Notes under the pieces: generated by a model
Told to the model about the DNA's origin: nothing
What the model saw: only the letters and a program-made list of their open reading frames with translations
Databases searched by the model: none
Translations under genes and position numbers: made by a program
Shown: piece after piece, positions 40,001 to 53,700 of the stretch
How positions within the stretch are numbered: the stretch's first letter is position 1
Layout: each line of letters opens with the position of its first letter
Assembly (NCBI GenBank): GCA_051362555.1
Contig: CM120646.1
Span: forward strand, 10,106,001 to 10,170,000
DNA from: Lingula anatina
Taxonomy: Eukaryota; Animalia; Brachiopoda
Reading direction: 5' to 3'
Length of the DNA stretch: 64,000 nt

Positions 40001-43000
40001 ATATTGTCCAAAAAAATCTTTTTCATGGGACACAGTCAACTGATGAGCTTATCACAGATTTTTATTGGGGCTAAGCATCATTTGTCCAAATTTCACTAAT
40101 ATTGGACCTGATTTATCAAAATTATTAATATTTAACTATTTTAATCCATGGAATTTGCTAGTCTTTTCAAAGTAATTTTCAGTTTTCTCAAATATATTGT
40201 CCCAAAAAATCCTTTTCATTAGACACAGTCAACTATTAAGCTTAACTTTATCAAAATTATTAATGTTTAAGTATTTCAGCTTGTTAAATTAGTCACTTTT
40301 TATAATTTAATTTTCACTTTTTTCAAATTATATATTGTTCTTTTTCCAGGTGACTCTTTCCATACAGCGTGGTTGCTTCTTGGTTAACTAATACTTTCTG
40401 TCTGGTCATGGCTAATTCCTATAGAAAAAGCAGGCAGTGAAAGACAGTAGCAAGAGGAAAGCTATGTCTCATCCATGTGTACAATAGATAGTATGTGGCA
40501 AGATTTAGGACATTGTGAAATGGTGTGCTAAACCCTGATTCCAGAAACCCATTGCAAGGAGGAATCTGCATCTGGTATTGGTAGTAAGGAGCAGTCTTGA
40601 ATGGGCATATATTGTTTTCCGGATGACAGTTATAGGTAATATTCCACCTCTCACACAAACAAACACAAATCATAACATTTGCTGTTTCATTTGAGACTAA
40701 ATTATATGTTGTAAAATTGGAAATAATTTTTTCGGTATTTCTAATTCTTCTTATACAAATTGCCAATAAACAACATTTCTATTACACAGTCAATTGGTAA
40801 ACTTATTGCAGATTTTTATTGGTGTCAAGCATCATTTGTCCAAATTTCACAAATATTGCACTTGATTCGTCAAAATTATTGACGTTTAACTATTTAAATC
40901 CTTGGAATTTGCTAGTCCTTTCAATGTACTTTTCAGTTTTCTCAAATACATTGTCTAAAAAATCTTTTTCATGGGACACAGTCAACTGATAAGCTTATCA
41001 CAGATTTTTATTGATGTTAAGCATCATTTGTCCAAATTTTACAAATATTGGACCTGATTTATCAAAATTATTAACGTTTAACTTTTTTAATCCAAGGAAT
41101 TTGCTAGTCTTTTCAATGTAATTTTCAGTTTTCTCAAATATATTGTCCAAAAAAATCTTTTTCATGGGACACAGTCAACTGATGAGCTTATCACATATTT
41201 TTATTGTTGTTAAGCATCATTTGTCCAAATTTCACTAATATTAGACCTGATTTGTCAAAATTATTAACCTTTAACTATTTTAATCCATGGACTTTTCTAG
41301 TCTTTTCAATGTAATTTTCAGTTTTCTCAAATATATTGTCCAAAAAATCTTTTTTATGGTTCATAGTCAACTGATGAGCTTATTTACAGATTTTTATTGT
41401 TGTTAAGCATCATTTGTCCAAATTTCACTAATATTGGACCTGATTTTTCAAAATTATTAACTTTTAACTATTTTAATCCATGGAATTTGCCAGTCTTTTC
41501 AATGTAATTTTCATTTTTTTCAAATATATTGTCCCAAAAAATCCTTTTCATTAGACACAGTCAACTATTAAGCTTAACTTTATCAAAATTATTAATGTTT
41601 AAGTATTTCAGCTTGTTAAATTAGTCACTTTTTATAATTTAATTTTCACTATTTTCAAAGTATATGTTGTTCTTTTTCCAGGTGACTCTTTCCATACAGC
41701 GTGGTGGCTTCTTGGTTAACTAATACTTTTTGTCTGGACATGGCTAATTCCTATAGAAAAAGCAGGCAGTGAAAGACAGTAGCAAGAGGAAAGCTATGTC
41801 TCATCCATGTGTACAATAGATGGTATTTGGCAAGATTTAGGACATTGTGAAATGGTGTGCTAAACCCTGATTCCAGAAACCCATTGCAAGGAGGAATCTG
41901 CATCTGGTATTGGTAGTAAGGAGCAGTCTTGAATGGGCATATATTGTTTTCTGGATGACAGTTATGGGTAATTTTCCACCTCTCACACAAACAAACACAA
42001 ATCATAACATTTGCTTTTTCATTTGAGACTAAATTATATGTTGTAAAATTGGAAATAATTTTTTCGGTATTTCTAATTCTTCTTATACAAATTGCCAATA
42101 AACAACATTTCTATTACTCACAGTCTATTGGTAAACTTATCGCAGATTTTTATTGGTGTCAAGCATCATTTGTCCAAATTTCACAAATATTGCACTTGAT
42201 TGGTCAAAATTATTGACATTTAACTATTTTAATCCTTGGAGTTTGCTAGTCTTTTCAATGTACTTTTCATTTTTCTCAAATATATTGTCCAAAAAAATCT
42301 TTTTCATGGGACACAGTCAACTGATGAGCTTATCACAGATTTTTATTGATGTTAAGCATCATTTGTCCAAAGTTTACAAATATTGGAATAGATTTGTCAA
42401 AATTATTAACGTTTAACTATTTAAATCCATGGAATTTGCTAGTCTTTTCAATGTAATTTTCAGTTTTCTCTAATATATTGTCCAAAAAAATCTTTTTCAT
42501 GGGTCACAGTCAACTGATGAGCTTATCACAGATTTTTATTGATTTTAAGCATCATTTGTCCAAATTTTACAAATATTGGACCTGATTTGTCAAAATTATT
42601 AACGTTTAACTTTTTTAATTCATGGAATTTGCCATTCTTTTCAATGTAATTTTCAGTTTTCTCAAATATATTGTCCAAAAAAATCTTTTTCATGGGTCAC
42701 AGTCAACTGATGAGCTTATCACATATTTTTATTGGTGTCAAGCATCATTTGTCCAAATTTCACTAATATTGGACCTGATTTGTCAAAATTATTAACGTTT
42801 AACTATTTTAATCCATGGAATTTGCTAGTCTTTTCAATGTAATTTTCAGTTTTCTCAAATATATTGTCCAAAAAAATCTTTTTCATGGGTTACAGTCAAC
42901 TGATGAGCTTATCACAGATTTTTATTAGGGCTAAGCATCATTTGTCCAAATTTCACTAATATTGGACCTGATTTATCAAAATTATTAACATTTAACTATT

Positions 43001-46000
43001 TTAATGCATGGAATTTGCTAGTCTTTTCAATGTAATTTTCAGTTTTCTCAAATATATTGTCCAAAAAAATCTTTTTCATGGGTCATAGTCAACCGATGAG
43101 CTTATCACAGATTTTTATTGATTTTAAGCATCATTTGTCCAAATTTTACAAATATTGGACCTGATTTGTCAAAATTATTAACTTTTAACTATTTTAATCC
43201 ATGGAATTTGCCATTCTTTTCAATGTAATTTTCAGTTTTCTCAAATATATTGTCCAAAAAATCTTTTTCATGGGTCACAGTCAACTGATGAGCTTAACAC
43301 AGATTTTTATTGATGTTAAGCATCATTTGCCCAAATTTCACAAATATTAGACCAGATTTTTCAAAATAATTAATGTTTAACTATTGTAATCCATGGAATT
43401 TGCTAGTCTTTTCAATGTAATTTTCAGTTTTCTCAAATATATTGTCCAAAAAATCTTTTTCATGGGTCACAGTCAACTGATGAGCTTATCACAGATTTTT
43501 ATTGATGTTAAGCATCATTTGCCCAAATTTCACAAATATTAGACGAGATTTGTCAAAATTATTAACATTTAAGTATTTTAATGCATGGAATTTGCTAGTC
43601 TTTTCAATGTAATTTTCAGTTTTGTCAAATTCATTGTCCAAAAAAATCTTTTTCATGGGTCACAGTCAACTTATGAGCTAATCACAGATTTTTATTGATG
43701 TTAAGCATCATTTGTCCAGATTTCACAAAAATTAGACCAGATTTGTCAAAATTATTAACTTTTAACTATTTTAATCCATGGAATTTGCCAGTCTTTTCAA
43801 TGTAGTTTTCAGTTTTCTCAAATATCTTGTCCAAAAAAATCTTTTTCATTGGTCACAGTCAACTGATGAGCTCATCTCAGATTTTTATTGATGTTAAGCA
43901 TCATTTGTCCAAATTTTACAAATATTGGACCTGATTTGTCAAAATTATTAACGTTTAACTATTTTAATCCATGGAATTTGCTAGTCTTTTCAATGTAATT
44001 TTCAGTTTTCTCAAATATATTGTCCAAAAAAATCTTTTTCATGGGTCACAGTCAACTGATAAGCTTATCACAGATTTTTATTGATGTTAAGCATCATTTA
44101 TCCAAATTTCACTAATATTAGACCAGATTTGTCAAAATTATTAACTTATAACTATTTTAATCCATGAAATTGCCAGTTTTTTCAATGTAATTTTCAGTTT
44201 TCTCAAATATATTGTCCAAAAAAATCTTTTTCATGGTTCACAGTCAACTGAAGAGCTTATCACAGATTTTTATTGATGTTAAGCATCATTTGCCCAAATT
44301 TCACAAATATTAGACCAGGTTTTTCAAAATAATTAACGTTTAACTATTGTAATCCATGGAATTTGCTAGTCTTTTCAAAGTAATTTTCAGTTTTCTCAAA
44401 TATATTGTCCAAAAAAATCTTTTTCACTAGACACAGTCAACTATTAAGCTTAACTTTATCAAAATTATTAATGTTTAAGTATTTTAGCTTGTTAAATTAG
44501 TCACTTTTTATAATGTAATTTTCACTTTTTTTCAAATTATATATTGTTCTTTTTCCAGGTGACTCTTTCCATACAGCGTGGTGGCTTCTTGGTTAACTAA
44601 TACTTTCTGTCTGGTCATGGCTAATTCCTATAGAAAAAGCAGGCAGTGAAAGACAGTAGCAAGAGGAAAGCTATGTCTCATCCATGTGTACAATAGATGG
44701 TATGTGGCAAGATTTAGGACATTGTCAAATGGTGTGCTTAACCCTGATTCCAGAAACCCATTGCAAAGAGGAATCTGCATCTGGTATTGGTAGTTAGGAG
44801 CAGTCTTGAATGGGCATATGTTGTTTTCCAGATGACAGTTATGGGTAATTTTCCACCTCTCACGCAAACAAACACAAATCATAACATTTGCTTTTTCATT
44901 TGAGACTAAATTATATGTTGTAAAATTGGAAATAATTTTTTCGGTATTTCTAATTCTTCTTATACATATTGCCAATAAACAACATTTCTATTACACACAG
45001 TCTGTTGATAAGGTTATCACAGATTTTAATTGGTGTCAAGCATCATTTGTCCAAATTTCACTAATATTGGACCTGATTTGTCAAAATTATTAACATTTAA
45101 CTATTTTAATGCATGGAATTTGCTAGTCTTTTCAATGTAATTTTCAGTTTTCTCAAATATATTGTCCAAAAAAATCTTTTTCATTGGTCACAGTCAACTG
45201 ATAAGCTTATCACAGATTTTTATTGATGTTAAGCATCATTTATCCAAATTTCACAAATATTAGACCAGATTTTTCAAAATAATTAACGTTTAACTATTGT
45301 AATCCATGGAATTTGCTAGTCTTTTCAATGTAATTTTCAGTTTTCTCAAATATATTGTCCAAAAAAATCTTTTTCATGGGTCACAGTCAACTGATGAGCT
45401 TATCACAGATTTTTATTGATGTTAAGCATCATTTGCCCAAATTTCACAAATATTAGACGAGATTTGTCAAAATTATTAACTTTTAACTATTTTAATCCAT
45501 GGAATTTGCCAGTCTTTTCAATGTAATTTTCAGTTTTCTCAAATATATTGTCCATAAAAATCTTTTTCATGGGTTACAGTCAACTATAAAGCTTAACTTT
45601 ATTAAAATTATTAATGTTTAAGTATTTTAGCTTGTTAAATTGGTCACTTTTTATAATGTAATTTTCACTTTTTTTCAAATTATATATTGTTCTTTTTCCA
45701 GGTGACTCTTTCCATACAGCGTGGTGGCTTCTTAGTTAACTAATATTTTCTGTCTGGTCATGGCTAATTCCTATAGAAAAAGCAGGCAGTGAAAGACAGT
45801 AGCAAGAGGAAAGCTATGTCTCATCCATGTGTACAATAGATGGTATGTGGCAAGATTTAGGACATTGTCAAATGGTGTGCTAAACCCTGATTCCAGAAAC
45901 CCATTGCAAGGAGGAATCTGCATCTGGTATTGGTAGTAAGGAGCAGTCTTGAATGGGCATATGTTGTTTTCCAGATGACAGTTATGGGTAATTTTCCACC

Positions 46001-49000
46001 TCTCACACAAACAAACAAAAATCATAACATTTGCTTTTTCATTTGAAACTAAATTATATGTTGTAAAATTGGAAATAATTTTTTTGGTATTTCTAATTCT
46101 TCTTATACAAATTACCAATAAACAACATTTCTATTACACACAGTCAATTGATAAGCTTATCACAGATTTTTATTGGTGTTAAGCATCATTTGTCCAAATT
46201 TCACTAATATTGGACTTGATTTGTCAAAATTATTAACATTTAACTATTTTAATGCATGGAATTTGCTAGTCTTTTCAATGTAATTTTCAGTTTTGTCAAA
46301 TAGATTCTCCAAAAAATCTTTTTCATTGGTCACAGTCAACTGATGAGCTTATCTCAGATTTTTATTGATGTTAAGCATCATTTGTCCAAATTTTACAAAT
46401 ATTGGACCTGATTTGTCAAAATTATTAATGTTTAACTATTTTAATCCATGGAATTTGTTAGTCTTTTGAATGTAATTTTCAGTTTTCTCAAATATATTGT
46501 CCAAAAAATCTTTTTCATGGGTCACAGTCAACTGATGAGCTTATCACAGATTTTTATTGATGTTAAGCATCATTTGCCCAAATTTCACAAATATTAGACG
46601 AGATTTGTCAAAATTATTAACTTTTAACTATTTTAATCCATGGAATTTGCCAGTCTTTTCAATGTAATTTTCAGTTTTCTCAAATATATTGTCCATAAAA
46701 ATCTTTTTCATGGGTCACAGTCAACTATAAAGCTTAACTTTATCAAAATTATTAATGTTTAAGTATTTTAGCTTGTTAAATTAGTCACTTTTTATAATGT
46801 AATTTTCACTTTTTTTCAAATTATATATTGTTCTTTTTCCAGGTGACTCTTTCCATACAGCGTGGTGGCTTCTTGGTTAACTAATACTTTCTGTCTGGTC
46901 ATGGCTAATTCCTATAGAAAAAGCAGGCAGTGAAAGACAGTAGCAAGAGGAAAGCTATGTCTCATCCATGTGTACAATAGATGGTATGTGGCAAGATTTA
47001 GGACATTGTCAAATGGTGTGCTTAACCCTGATTCCAGAAACCCATTGCAAGGAGGAATCTGCATCTGGTATTGGTAGTAAGGAGCAGTCTTGAATGGGCA
47101 TATATTGTTTTCCAGACGACAGTTATGGGTAATTTTCCACCTCTCACACAAACAAACACAAATCATAACATTTGCTTTTTCATTTGAGACTAAATTATAT
47201 GTTGTAAAATTGGAAATAATTTTTTCGGTATTTCTAATTCTTCTTATACAAATTGCCAATAAACAACATTTCTATTACACACAGTCTGTTGGTAAGCTTA
47301 TCACAGATTTTTATTGGTGTCAAGCATCATTTGTCCAAATTTCACTAATATTGGACCTGATTTGTCAAAATTATTAACGTTTAACTATTTTAATCCATGG
47401 AATTTGCTAGTCTTTTCAATGTAATTTTCAGTTTTCTCAAATATATTGTCCAAAAAAATCTTTTTCATGGGTCACAGTCAACTGATAAGCTTATCACAGA
47501 TTTTTTTTATTGATGTTAAGCATCATTTATCCAAATTTCACAAATATTGGACCAGATTTGTCAAAATTATTAACATTTAAGTATTTTAATGCATGGAATT
47601 TGCTAGTCTTTTCAATGTAATTTTCAGTTTTGTCAAATACATTGTCCAAAAAAATCTTTTTCATGGGTCACAGTCAACTTATGAGCTAATCACAGATTTT
47701 TATTGATGTTAAGCATCATTTCTCCAGATTTCACAAAAATTAGACCAGATTTGTCAAAATTATTAACTTTTAACTATTTTAATCCATGGAATTTGCCAGT
47801 CTTTTCAATGTAATTTTCAGTTTTCTCAAATATATTGTCCAAAAAAATCTTTTCCATGGGACACAGTCAACTGATGAGCTTATCACAGATTTTTATTGGG
47901 GCTAAGCATCATTTGTCCAAATTTCACTAATATTGGACCTGATTTATCAAAATTATTAACATTTAACTATTTTAATCCATGGAATTTGCTAGTCTTTTCA
48001 AAGTAATTTTCAATTTTCTCAAATATATTGTCCAAAAAAATCTTTTTCATGGGTCACAGTCAACTGATGAGCTTATTGCAGATTTTTATTGTTGTTAAGC
48101 ATCATTTGTCCAAATTTTACAAATATTGGACCTGATTTGTCAAAATTATTAACGTTTAACTATTTTAATCCTTGGAATTTGCTAGTCTTTTCAATGTAAT
48201 TTTCAGTTTTCTCAAATATATTGTCCCAAAAAATCCTTTTCATTAGACACAGTCAACTATTAAGCTTAACTTTATCAAAATTATTAATGTTTAAGTATTT
48301 CAGCTTGTTAAATTAGTCACTTTTTATAATTTAATTTTCACTTTTTTCAAATTATATGTTGTTTCTTTTTCCAGGTGACTCTTTCCATACAGCGTGGTGG
48401 CTTCTTGGTTAACTAATACTTTCTGTCTGGTCATGGCTAATTCCTATAGAAAAAGCAGGCAGTGAAAGACAGTAGCAAGAGGAAAGCTATGTCTCATCCA
48501 TGTGTACAATAGATGGTATTTGGCAAGATTTAGGACATTGTGAAATGGTGTGCTAAACCCTGATTCCAGAAACCCATTGCAAGGAGGAATCTGCATCTGG
48601 TATTGGTAGTAAGGAGCAGTCTTGAATGGGCATATATTGTTTTCCGGATGACAGTTATGGGTAATATTCCACCTCTCACACAAACAAACACAAATCATAA
48701 CATTTGCTGTTTCATTTGAGACTAAATTATATGTTGTAAAATTGGAAATAATTTTTTCGGTATTTCTAATTCTTCTTATACAAATTGCCAATAAACAACA
48801 TTTCTATTACACAGTCAATTGGTAAACTTATTGCAGATTTTTATTGGTGTCAAGCATCATTTGTCCAAATTTCACAAATATAGCACTTGATTCGTCAAAA
48901 TTATTGACGTTTAACTATTTAAATCCTTGGAATTTGCTAGTCCTTTCAATGTACTTTTCAGTTTTCTCAAATACATTGTCTAAAAAATCTTTTTCATGGG

Positions 49001-50750
49001 ACACAGTCAACTGATAAGCTTATCACAGATTTTTATTGATGTTAAGCATCATTTGTCCAAATTTTACAAATATTGGACCTGATTTGTCAAAATTATTAAC
49101 GTTTAACTTTTTTAATCCATGGAATTTGCTAGTCTTTTCAATGTAATTTTCAGTTTTCTCAAATATATTGTCCAAAAAAATCTTTTTCATGGGACACAGT
49201 CAACTGATGAGCTTATCACATATTTTTATTGTTGTTAAGCATCATTTGTCCAAATTTCACTAATATTAGACCTGATTTGTCAAAATTATTAACCTTTAAC
49301 TATTTTAATCCATGGACTTTTCTAGTCTTTTCAATGTAATTTTCAGTTTTCTCAAATATATTGTCCAAAAAATCTTTTTCATGGTTCACAGTCAACTGAT
49401 GAGCTTATTTACAGATTTTTATTGTTGTTAAGCATCATTTGTCCAAATTTCACTAATATTGGACCTGATTTTTCAAAATTATTAACTTTTAACTATTTTA
49501 ATCCATGGAATTTGCCAGTCTTTTCAATGTAATTTTCATTTTTTTCAAATATATTGTCCCAAAAAATCCTTTTCATTAGACACAGTCAACTATTACGCTT
49601 AACTTTATCAAAATTATTAGTGTTTAAGTATTTCAGCTTGTTAAATTAGTCACTTTTTATAATTTAATTTTCACTATTTTCAAATTATATGTTGTTCTTT
49701 TTCCAGGTGACTCTTTCCATACAGCGTGGTGGCTTCTTGGTTAACTAATACTTTCTGTCTGGACATGGCTAATTCCTATAGAAAAAGCAGGCAGTGAAAG
49801 ACAGTAGCAAGAGGAAAGCTATGTCTCATCCATGTGTACAATAGATGGTATTTGGCAAGATTTAGGACATTGTGAAATGGTGTGCTAAACCCTGATTCCA
49901 GAAACCCATTGCAAGGAGGAATCTGCATCTGGTATTGGTAGTAAGGAGCAGTCTTGAATGGGCATATATTGTTTTCTGGATGACAGTTATGGGTAATTTT
50001 CCACCTCTCACACAAACAAACACAAATCATAACATTTGCTGTTTCATTTGAGACTAAATTATATGTTGTAAAATTGGAAATAATTTTTTCGGTATTTCTA
50101 ATTCTTCTTATACAAATTGCCAATAAACAACATTTCTATTACTCACAGTCTATTGGTAAACTTATCGCAGATTTTTATTGGTGTCAAGCATCATTTGTCC
50201 AAATTTCACAAATATTGCACTTGATTGGTCAAAATTATTGACATTTAACTATTTTAATCCTTGGAGTTTGCTAGTCTTTTCAATGTACTTTTCATTTTTC
50301 TCAAATATATTGTCCAAAAAAATCTTTTTCATGGGACACAGTCAACTGATGAGCTTATCACAGATTTTTATTGATGTTAAGCATCATTTGTCCAAAGTTT
50401 ACAAATATTGGAATAGATTTGTCAAAATAATTAACGTTTAACTATTTAAATCCATGGAATTTGCTAGTCTTTTCAATGTAATTTTCAGTTTTCTCTAATA
50501 TATTGTCCAAAAAAATCTTTTTCATGGGTCACAGTCAACTGATGAGCTTATCACAGATTTTTATTGATGTTAAGCATCATTTGTCCAAATTTTACAAATA
50601 TTGGACCTGATTTGTCAAAATTATTAACGTTTAACTTTTTTAATTAATGGAATTTGCCATTCTTTTCAATGTAATTTTCAGTTTTCTCAAATATATTGTC
50701 CAAAAAAATCTTTTTCATGGGTCACAGTCAACTGATGAGCTTATCACAGA
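31085..50750. repeat. Older block duplication: ~31.1-42.7 kb repeated as ~42.7-50.75 kb, the first copy carrying extra local duplications
   Basis: Cassette haplotypes occur in the same order (32998/34333~44628; 35477/36428~45771; 37570-39084~46912; 40419~48444; 41751~49776). The offset shrinks from 11,630 to 8,025. The variant catgggttacag is shared at ~31254 and ~42884. Confidence 0.85.
37389..38902. repeat. 757-bp minimal unit x2 (cassette + one monomer)
   Basis: Anchors 37570, 38327, 39084 are spaced 757 = 564+193. Confidence 0.95.
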
Positions 50751-53700
50751 TTTTTGTTTTTGTTAAGAATTATTTGTCCAAAGTTTACAAATATTGGAAT
50801 AGATTTGTCAAAATTATTAACGTTTAACTATTTTAATCCTTGGAGTTTGCTAGTCTTTTCAATGTACTTTTAATTTTTCTCAAATATATTGTCAAAAAAA
50901 ATCTTTTTCATGGGACACAGTCAACTGATGAGCTTATCACAGATTTTTATTAATGTTAAGCATTATTTGTCCAAAGTTTACAAATATTGGAATAGATTTG
51001 TCAAAATTATTAACGTTTAACTATTTTAATCCATGGAATTTGCTAGTCTTTTCAATGTAATTTTCAGTTTTCTCTAATATATTGTCCAAAAAAATATTTT
51101 TCATGGGTCACAGTCAACTGATGAGCTTATCACAGATTTTTATTGATGTTAAGCATCATTTGTCCAAATTTTACAAATATTGGACCTGATTTGTCAAAAT
51201 TATTAACGTTTAACTTTTTTAATTCATGGAATTTGCCATTCTTTTCAATGTAATTTTCAGTTTTCTCAAATATATTGTCCAAAAAAATCTTTTTCATGGG
51301 TCACAGTCAACTGATGAGCTTATCACAGATTTTTATTGATGTTAAGCATCATTTGTCCAAATTTTACAAATATTGGACCTGATTTGTCAAAATTATTAAC
51401 GTTTAACTTTTTTAATTCATGGAATTTGCCATTCTTTTCAATGTAATTTTCAGTTTTCTCAAATATATTGTCCAAAAAAATCTTTTTCATGGGTCACAGT
51501 CAACTGATGAGCTTATCACAGATTTTTGTTTTTGTTAAGCATCATTTGTCCAAATTTCACTAATATTATACCTGATTTGTCAAAATTATTAACTTTTAAC
51601 TATTTTAACCCATGGAATTTGCTAGTCTTTTCAATGTAATTTTCAGTTTTGTCAAATACATTGTCCAAAAGATCTTTTTCATGGGACACAGTCAACTGAT
51701 GAGCTTATCACAGATTTTTATTGATGTTAAGCATCATTTGTCCAAGTTTTACAAATATTGGACCTGATTTTTCAAAATTATTAACTTTTAACTATTTTAA
51801 TCCATGGACATTGCTAGTCTTTTCAATGTAATTTTCATTTTTTTCAAATATATTGTCCCAAAAAATCCTTTTCATTAGACACAGTCAACTATTAAGCTTA
51901 ACTTTATCAAAATTATTAATGTTTAAGTATTTTAACCTGTTAAATTAGTCACTTTTTATAATTTAATTTTCACTTTTTTCAAATTATATATTGTTGTTTT
52001 TGTAGGTGACTCTTTCCATACAGCGTGGTGGCTTCTTGGTTAACTATTACTTTCTGTCTGGTCATGGCTAATTCCTATAGAAAAAGCAGGCAGTGAAAGA
52101 CAGTAGCAAGAGGAAAGCTATGTCTCATCCATGTGTACAATAGATGGTATTTGGCAAGATTTAGGACATTGTGAAATGGTGTGCTAAACCCTGATTCCAG
52201 AAACCCATTGCAAGGAGGAATCTGCATCTGGTATTGGTAGTAAGGAGCAGTCTTGAATGGGCATATATTGTTTTCTGGATGACAGTTATGGGTAATTTTC
52301 CACCTCTCACACAAACAAACACAAATCATAACATTTGCTGTTTCATTTGAGACTAAATAATATGTTGTAAAATTGTAAATAATTTTTTCGGTATTTCTAA
52401 TTCTTCTTATACAAATTGCCAATAAACAACATTTCTATTACTCACAGTCAATTGGTAAACTTATTGCAGATTTTTATTGGTGTCAAGCATCATTTGTCCA
52501 AATTTCACAAATATTGCACTTGATTGGTCAAAATTATTGACATTTAACTATTTTAATCCTTGGAGTTTGCTAGTCTTTTCAATGTACTTTTCATTTTTCT
52601 CAAATATATTGTCCAAAAAAATCTTTTTCATGGGACACAGTCAACTGATGAGCTTATCACAGATTTTTATTGATGTTAAGCATCATTTGTCCAAAGTTTA
52701 CAAATATTGGAATAGATTTGTCAAAATTATTAACGTTTAACTATTTAAATCCATGGAATTTGCTAGTCTTTTCAATGTAATTTTCAGTTTTCTCTAATAT
52801 ATTGTCCAAAAAAATCTTTTTCATGGGTCACAGTCAACTGATGAGCTTATCACAGATTTTTATTGATGTTAAGCATCATTTGTCCAAATTTTACAAATAT
52901 TGGACCTGATTTGTCAAAATTATTAACGTTTAACTTTTTTAATTAATGGAATTTGCCATTCTTTTCAATGTAATTTTCAGTTTTCTCAAATATATTGTCC
53001 AAAAAAATCTTTTTCATGGGTCACAGTCAACTGATGAGCTTATCACAGATTTTTGTTTTTGTTAAGCATTATTTGTCCAAAGTTTACAAATATTGGAATA
53101 GATTTGTCAAAATTATTAACGTTTAACTATTTTAATCCTTGGAGTTTGCTAGTCTTTTCAATGTACTTTTAATTTTTCTCAAATATATTGTCAAAAAAAA
53201 TCTTTTTCATGGGACACAGTCAACTGATGAGCTTATCACAGATTTTTATTAATGTTAAGCATTATTTGTCCAAAGTTTACAAATATTGGAATAGATTTGT
53301 CAAAATTATTAACGTTTAACTATTTTAATCCATGGAATTTGCTAGTCTTTTCAATGTAATTTTCAGTTTTCTCTAATATATTGTCCAAAAAAATCTTTTT
53401 CATGGGTCACAGTCAACTGATGAGCTTATCACAGATTTTTATTGATGTTAAGCATCATTTGTCCAAATTTTACAAATATTGGACCTGATTTGTCAAAATT
53501 ATTAACGTTTAACTTTTTTAATTCATGGAATTTGCCATTCTTTTCAATGTAATTTTCAGTGTTCTCAAATATATTGTCCAAAAAAATCTTTTTCATGGGT
53601 CACAGTCAACTGATGAGCTTATCACAGATTTTTATTGATGTTAAGCATCATTTGTCCAATTTTTACAAATATTGGACCTGATTTGTCAAAATTATTAACG

